NCBI GenBank assembly: GCA_035221665.1
Contig: CM069169.1
Location: forward strand, 10,106,001 to 10,170,000
Direction: 5' to 3'
From: Okamejei kenojei
Lineage: Eukaryota
Length of the DNA: 64,000 bases
Position numbers and translations under genes: made by a program. The notes below the pieces were generated by a model, which did not search any database, had not been told where the DNA came from, and saw nothing but the letters and a program-made list of their open reading frames with translations. Positions 57,712-64,000 of this stretch are shown here, piece after piece; within the stretch, counting starts at the first letter, position 1, and each line of letters opens with the position of its first letter.

Positions 57712-60700
57712 GTAAGAGAAACCTCTCCTACCCATGTCCTCCACAGATGCTGCCTGGCCCACTGAGTTACTCCAACATGTGCTTTTTCATAAACCACATA
57801 TGGGTTAAGTGTAGGTAGATAAGAGATGCACTCAAAGTGCTGAAATAACTCAGCGGGTCAGGAGGCTCTTTGTCAAATTCAGAGTGGCTAGAGAGTTGAG
57901 ACTTTCCTTTATTGTCAGTCAAACGTTTAGTTTGAACGAAATTACGTACCTTGCAGTCATGACAGAAAATAAAATAACAGTTTAACATCCACCACAGTGA
58001 ATCTACCAGGCACCTCCTCACTGTGATGGAAGGCAAAAATGTCTTAAAGTCTCATCTCTTCCTTGCTTGTTCTCCCTCTGTGTTGAGGCGACCCAGGCTT
58101 TCGATGTTGGGCCCCCCCCGCCGGGTGATGGCAAGTCCCGTGGCCGAATCCAAGCTCTGCGAACGGGCCAGTTCAAACTCCGAGGCCCGGGGTGGACATA
58201 GAAACATGGAAACATAGAAAATAGGTGCAGGAGTAGGCCATTCGGCCCTTCGAGCCAGCACCGCCATTCAATATGATCATGGCTGATCATCCAACTCAGT
58301 ATCCTGTACCTGCCTTCTCTCCATACCCCCTGATCCCTTTAGCCACAAGGGCCACATCTAACTCCCTCTTAAATATAGCCAATGAACTGGCCTCAATACC
58401 TTCTGTGGCAGAGAATTCCAGAGATTCACCACTCTCTGTGTGAAAAATGATCTTCTCATCTCGGTCCTAAAAGACTTAGTCCTTATCCTTAAACTGTGAC
58501 CCCTTGTTCTGGACTTCCCCAACATCGGGAACAATCTTCCTGCATCTAGCCTGTCCAACCCCTTAAGAATTTTGTAAGTTTCTATAAGATCCCCCCTCAA
58601 TCTTCTAAATTCTAGCGATTACAAGCCGAGTCTATCCAGTCTCTTCATATGAAAGTCCTGACATCCCAGGAATCAGTCTGGTGAACCTTCTCTGTATTCC
58701 CTCTATGGACGAAGTTGCCACCCTCTAGAGGGTTGAAAATGAGATTAGCACTGAAACAGGACAATAATGTCCACAATAAGGTTAGACCTGGCCATTCAAT
58801 TTGTTATAAATCCTGAATGTCGATCCTTGATTTTCCAGGTAATGGGATTAACCAATATGTGAAACTGCTGAAAGATGTTGCAAGCTTATTGGGTGAAGGA
58901 GAAGCTGATCAAATCCCGGCCCATGCAAGACCAGGTCCCAAAGATTCCAAAAGGATTCAGTCTCTGATCTCCAGTTTAATGGGAGGATTCAGAACTTTGG
59001 GCACACTACCTCAACAGAATGTGGCCTCTTTCCTGACCAAACACGCTCTGGACAGCAAACGCTTCTCTGCATTTCTCTACAACATCTCCCTGTATTTGCA
59101 AAGCACCAACCCCCAGGATCCCGCTGCTGAAAGCTTCCCTTTGAACTCTCTGGACTCCGAAGAGGTAGAGAATGTATCTCCACCCAGGGCCACTGTGGAG
59201 CTGATGGACCTCTTTGTTTCGTTAAGGGCCAGCAGAAGCCTGGACAGTCTTGTTGAACTTCTGCAGAGTATCTTGGATTTGTTAACCAACCACCAGCTGC
59301 TCGGTTGGGTTTTCCAAAAGGAGAACTGGGAGATGCTGGTTGGGTTGGTTGAAACTTTCTCCCAGGCTTTGTTCAGTGGGACGTTTGCACAGGCTGAAGC
59401 CAGTATTCAGGAGCTGGTGTGTTCCTTAACTGGACACAGAGATTGTAGCATTAACGTGGATTGGCTTGAACATCTGGGCAAGTTGCTCGATTGGAGAAAT
59501 TGGAAGTCAGTGGTCAACTTGCAGCCCAACGGTCCACCTCCCAGAAGTGAGAGATTCCGACCTTGGATTGATCTCCAAGAGTCTGGGAGCGAGGGAGATG
59601 CTGCAAATGCAGTGGGGAATGGGGACGCCGTGCAGGGTCTTCTGCAGATTCTTTCCAAGCCCGGTGGCAGGAGAGGAGGCTCGTTGCCGCAGTGAACCGA
59701 TCCCGAACAAGCTGGGGCGAGGACGCCTGGTGGGCCGGGCTGCAGGAGCTGAGGCAGAACATCTTACGCAAGGTCGGAACCTCTGTCTACACCAACTTCA
59801 AGAGGAAGGTATCACGGATGACGGGCTCTCTGGTAAATGAGGCATCCTCTGTCCTTGGAATCCCTCGATCCGATCAGAATGGGAAATGTTCTGCAGGCAA
59901 GTAGGAATTACAATTGAGGAGGTTCATCTGTAACTGGGGCCATCTCCAATTGTTCTGTGTACGGTTTCCCAGTGAAACAATGTTCCAACCTCTGCAATAA
60001 AGGGCATGCTCTTTTAAAAGACCCTTGAATCATTGATAGAAATCCACAAAGTGCGGGTGTAACTCAGCATGTCAAGCAGCATCAATAGACAATAGACAAG
60101 AGGTGCAGGAGGAGGCCATTCGGCCCTTCGACCCAGCACCGCCATTCAATGTGATCATGGCTGATCATCCCCAATCAGTACCCCGTTCCTGCCTTCTCCC
60201 CATATCCCCTGACTGCTATTTTTAAGAGCCTTATCTAGCTCTCTCTTGAAAGCATCCAGAGAACCTTCCTCCACCAGGCAGAGAATTCCACAGACTCACC
60301 ACTCTCTGTGAGAAAAAGTGTTTCCTCGTCACCGTCCTAAATGGCTTACCCCTTATTCTTAAACTGTGGCCCCTGGTTCTGGACTCCCCCAACATCGGGA
60401 ACATGTTTCCTGCCTCTAGCGTGTCCAAACCCTTAACAATCTTACATGTTTCAATAAGATCTCCCTCTCATCCTTCTAAACTCCAGAGTGTACAAGCCCA
60501 GACGCTCCATTCTCTCAGCATTTGACAATGTGCTGTGCATCAGTGGAGGATGTGGACAGGCGATGTTTCAGGTCGGGACCCTTCTTCAGCCCACAGATGC
60601 TGCCCAACCCACGGATTCACTCCAGCACTTAGGTGTATTTTTAAAATGAGTAAATCAGCTTGTCCATCATTTCTGTAAACCAAAATTATAAAAATATTGT

Positions 60701-63700
60701 AAATCAGTAAATGGTACTTCATTTTTGCATGTACCTAGGTACAGTGACATTTTTGCATACAGTTCAGTAATAATCTTGCTACACATTAAGATACAGTCAT
60801 ATTGAAGTCCAAGGGTACGAGATCGAAGATTACATTGAGCCTGCGCATGAGTCGCCATTTTTTTTGGCACTATTTTTACCCTTCAAGTTCAGAGCTGTTA
60901 ATGCCCCTGTCCCACTTAGGAAACCTGAACGGAAACCTCTGGAGACTTTGCCCCCCACCCAAGGTTTCCGTGCGGTTCCCGGAGGTTTTTTGTCAGTCTC
61001 CCTAATGGTCGAAAGTGGTTTCCGTTTTAAAAATCGGTAATTTTTTAGTCGAAGCCGGTTGCGATGCTATTTAAAGGTGGTTGCCGGAGGACAAAAACCT
61101 TGGGTGGGGCGCAAAGTCTCCAGAGGTTTCCGTTCAGGTTTTTGTCCTCCGGCAACCACCTTCAACTAGCATCCCAACCGGCTTCGACTAAAAAATGACC
61201 GATTTTTAAAACGGAAACCACATTCGACCATTAGGGAGACTGACAAAAAACCTCTGGGAACCGCACGGAAACCTTGGGTGGGGGGCAAAGTCTCAGGTTT
61301 TTGTCCTCCGGCAACCACCTTCAATTAGCATCCCAACCGGCTTCGACTAATAAATTACCAATTTTTAAAACGGAAACCACTTTTGACCATTAGGGAGACT
61401 GACAAAAAACCTCCAGGAACCGCACGGAAACCTTGGGTGGGGCGCAAAATCTCCAGAGGTTTCCGTTCAGGTTTCCTAAGTGGGACAGGGGCATAATAAT
61501 GTCAGTCTGCACTTCCTTGTGTCTCTAATATCACTTTTCTTTCCAACCCATCACACCTCATTTGTGGCATCCATCAGGTAAACCTTGACTCTGTAGTCCT
61601 ATGGACTCTTAGTCTAGATCCTCTTGTATCTGCTTCCAGTTTTCCATGTTCAACTAATGAATGATTAAAGTCTCATGCATCCTGGTGTCTGTCATCTTCT
61701 AATTTAAAGGTTTCTTCTCTCTTGCAGGCAATTTAAGGCAACTCCTTTTATGGTAAGTTGGTTTCCAGGTGTTTTTTGCAATTAGCCTTATTTTGCTCAT
61801 AATTCCATAAATAATGCTTCCATCAAAATGCTGTGTCCCGATGTGATATCTGAAGGATTCCGTCTCCTAAAGCACTCAAAGTAGCATCAGAGTAGTAACA
61901 ATAGACCATCTCCAGTATGAGTAAAGGGCCTGTCCCACTTACGAGATTTTTTTTGGGCAACTTTTTCTTTCCTTCTAATTTGTAAATACTGATTCTGTTC
62001 TGTAGTTTTTTTTTTGCACAATCCGGAAGCATTGCTACTTTTATTTCACTGCACATCTTGTATATGTATGTGAGGAATTGACTTGACTTGACTTGACCCA
62101 TCAAAGCTGCAGCAGTTGGCCGAAAATGTTCAAAATGTCGAAAATCCAGCGGCCACCAGAAAAAGGTGCGACTCTTTGGGCGACTACTCACGACCAAACA
62201 GGCGTCACCCCGCGACATCGGAGTAGCCGCCCAAAGAGTCGTACCGTTTTCTGGTCGCTGCTGGATTTTCGACATGATTCCTAACATCCTGATGAATCTG
62301 TTTAAGAAGGAACTGCAGATGCTGGAAAATCGAAGGTAGGCAAAAAGTGCTGGAGAAACTCAGCGGGGTGAGGCAGCATCTATGGAGCGAAGGAAATAGG
62401 CAACGTTTCGTCCCGAAACGTTGCCTATTTCCTTCGCTCCATAGATGCTGCTGTTTCCTCTAGGTGCTCTGGTTTCCTCCCCACGTCCCAGCGACGTGCG
62501 GGGGTTTTGCAGGTTAATTGGACCTCTCTGTAAATCGCCCCCAGTGTGTCGGGAGTGGGAGAGTGGGACTACATAGGGCGGTCGATGGTCGGCGTGGACT
62601 GGGGTTGGGCTGAAGAGCCTGTTTCCACACTGTATGCCTGAAGCGACCACGAGGTCGCTTAATTTGCGAGCCAAGGGCGCGTAAGTGGGACAGGCCCTTT
62701 TAGTTGGCGTTTCTTTGGCTTTGACATCGGGAGGAGAATGGGGAGTGCAGGGGAGAGATAAGACATAGAAACATAGACAATAGGTGCAGTAGGCCCTTCG
62801 AGCCTGCACCGCCATTCAATGTGATCATGGCTGATCATCCAACTCAGTATCCCGTACCTGCCTTCTCTCCATACCCCCTGATCCCTTTAGCCACAGGGGC
62901 CACATCTAACTCCCTCTTAAATATAGCCAACAAACTGGCCTCAACTACCTTCTGTGGCAGAGAATTCCAGAGAATCTCCACTCTCTGTGTGAAAAATGTT
63001 TTTCTCATCTCGGTCCTAGGAGACTTCCCCCTTATCCTTAAACTGTGACCCCTTGTCCTGGACTTCCCCAACATCGGGAACAATCTTCCTGCATCTAGCC
63101 TGTCCAACCCCTTAAGAATTTTGTAAGTTTCTATGAGATCCCCCCTCAATCTTCTAAATTCTAGCGAGTACAAGCTGAGTCTATCCAGTCTTTCTTCATA
63201 TGAAAGTCCTGCCATCCCAGGAATCAGTCTGGTGAACCTTCTCTGTACTCCCTCTATGGCAAGAATGTCTTTCCACACTTTGCCTTCCATCACAGTGAGC
63301 GGGAGATTCGCTGTGATGGAAGTTTGTGTAAATTGTGTTGTGTTGTGGTCCTTTTTCTTGTTTGTGTGACTGCAGAAACCAAATTTCGTTTGAACTTGGA
63401 TGTCCAAATGACAACAAATAAATTGTATCGTTGTATCTCACGCTCCTCCTTCTCTCGTGTGCAGGGGCGTCAAGAACAACATCTCCTGGGACGCCGCCAG
63501 CCTGGGCTTCGGCCCCTCGGAGGTTTGGAGGGGGACGCCTTTTCTCTCCTGTCGGCGGGAGGACGGGTCCTGGGCTCCACCGAGGAATCGGCGCCGGCGC
63601 CGGGGCTCCCGGACGTCCGAGGAGGACTCGGACCCGGACCCGGGCGAGGTGGAGGTGGAGGCTGAGGCTGAGGGTGAGGACGGCTCTCCCAGCGTGGAGG

Positions 63701-64000
63701 ATGTTTGCAGCGACTCCGCTCCCGGGCTGCCTGGCGTCTCCAACTTCACCGTATACCTCTACTGCAACCTCTTCAACGGCAGCGCCGACTCGGGCCGACC
63801 GCTCCCCGACCTCCACTCCACCTGCTCCGACGCTGCGTGGTACCTGTCGGCGGCCGACCAGGACCTGTACTGGGCGCAGGTCTGCAGGCGCTTCTACCCG
63901 GCAGAGTTTGCCTCCCACGCGTGCGGGGTGGGGTCCCGGGACCCTCCTGGCCGGGCCTGGCTGGTCCCGCTCTGCTCGGGGCTGCAAAAGCAAACCGTCC
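57651..64000 (+). CDS. STRC: STRC (stereocilin), 5' part: join(57651..57711,58839..59896,61728..61752,63465..>64000), with an apparent 1-nt deletion near 59660
   Basis: Signal-peptide exon, then [108 protein letters not shown], colinear with the human stereocilin N-terminus (RSRFFTFLANIS ... [24 protein letters not shown]). Confidence 0.92.
58195..58708 (-). mobile_element. CR1-like LINE 3' fragment in the STRC intron after the signal-peptide exon
   Basis: ORF 58358-58600 and (GAAACATA)n tail. Confidence 0.88.
58839..59896 (+). CDS. STRC: STRC large second coding exon (split into ORFs 58817..59695 and 59692..59904 by a frameshift), GC donor
   Basis: ttccag| acceptor; stereocilin similarity continues across the frame change; CAG|gcaagt donor. 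Confidence 0.88.
60083..60527 (-). mobile_element. CR1-like LINE 3' fragment
   Basis: ORF 60231-60428 (RGHSLRIRG...FFSQRVVSLWNSLP). Confidence 0.87.
60902..61493. mobile_element. PIF/Harbinger-like foldback MITE
   Basis: TAA on both flanks; TIR TGCCCCTGTCCCACTTAGGAAACC; ~200-bp inverted arms with the right arm tandemly duplicated. Confidence 0.8.
61728..61752 (+). CDS. STRC: STRC 25-nt micro-exon (GNLRQLLLW)
   Basis: ttgcag| ... |gtaagt; matches human GNLQQLLLW. Confidence 0.9.
61925..62698. mobile_element. PIF/Harbinger-like MITE with nested LINE-tail, Penelope-like and SINE fragments
   Basis: Ends AGGGCCTGTCCCACTTACG...CGTAAGTGGGACAGGCCCT. Confidence 0.7.
62758..63272 (-). mobile_element. 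CR1-like LINE 3' fragment
   Basis: ORF 62844-63407 ([19 protein letters not shown]...). Confidence 0.88.
63465..64000 (+). CDS. STRC: STRC fourth coding exon, runs past the window end ([15 protein letters not shown]...RNRRRRR...CSDAAWYLSAADQDLYWAQVC...)
   Basis: gtgcag| acceptor, phase 2; frame open to the window end. Confidence 0.92.

Noticed and set aside
63196-63993. 265-aa minus-strand ORF
   Set aside because: Antisense shadow of the GC-rich STRC exon running into repeats.

Overview
Eukaryotic, intron-rich vertebrate DNA. The SINE/LINE content (HE1/V-SINE-like SINEs, HER1/CR1-like LINEs) points to an elasmobranch (shark, skate or ray). There are three + strand genes, whose exons I reconstructed by hand from splice sites and remembered similarity to the human proteins: the last 9 coding exons of VPS33B (103-14839), the complete 14-exon PRC1 (21116-38720, ~613 aa) behind a CpG-island promoter with NRF1/CRE/CCAAT/CHR motifs, and the first 4 coding exons of stereocilin STRC (57651 to past the window end). 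PRC1 and STRC each carry one GC-AG intron and one apparent 1-nt frameshift in a homopolymer, probably assembly errors. The rest is dense with mobile elements. Highlights: (1) two copies of a ~137-nt TSD-flanked retroposon whose 5' 54 nt fold as a minimal HDV/CPEB3-like self-cleaving ribozyme, plus a candidate Ingi/Vingi-like partner LINE fragment; (2) many Penelope-like repeats carrying minimal hammerhead-ribozyme cores; (3) a triple nest of a CR1 LINE containing a non-autonomous Helitron containing a solo LTR; (4) a full-length but disabled IR/DR Tc1 transposon; (5) a perfect RFX X-box in a repeat-free block upstream of STRC. Repeat family names are pattern-based and repeat boundaries are approximate; no database searches were run.
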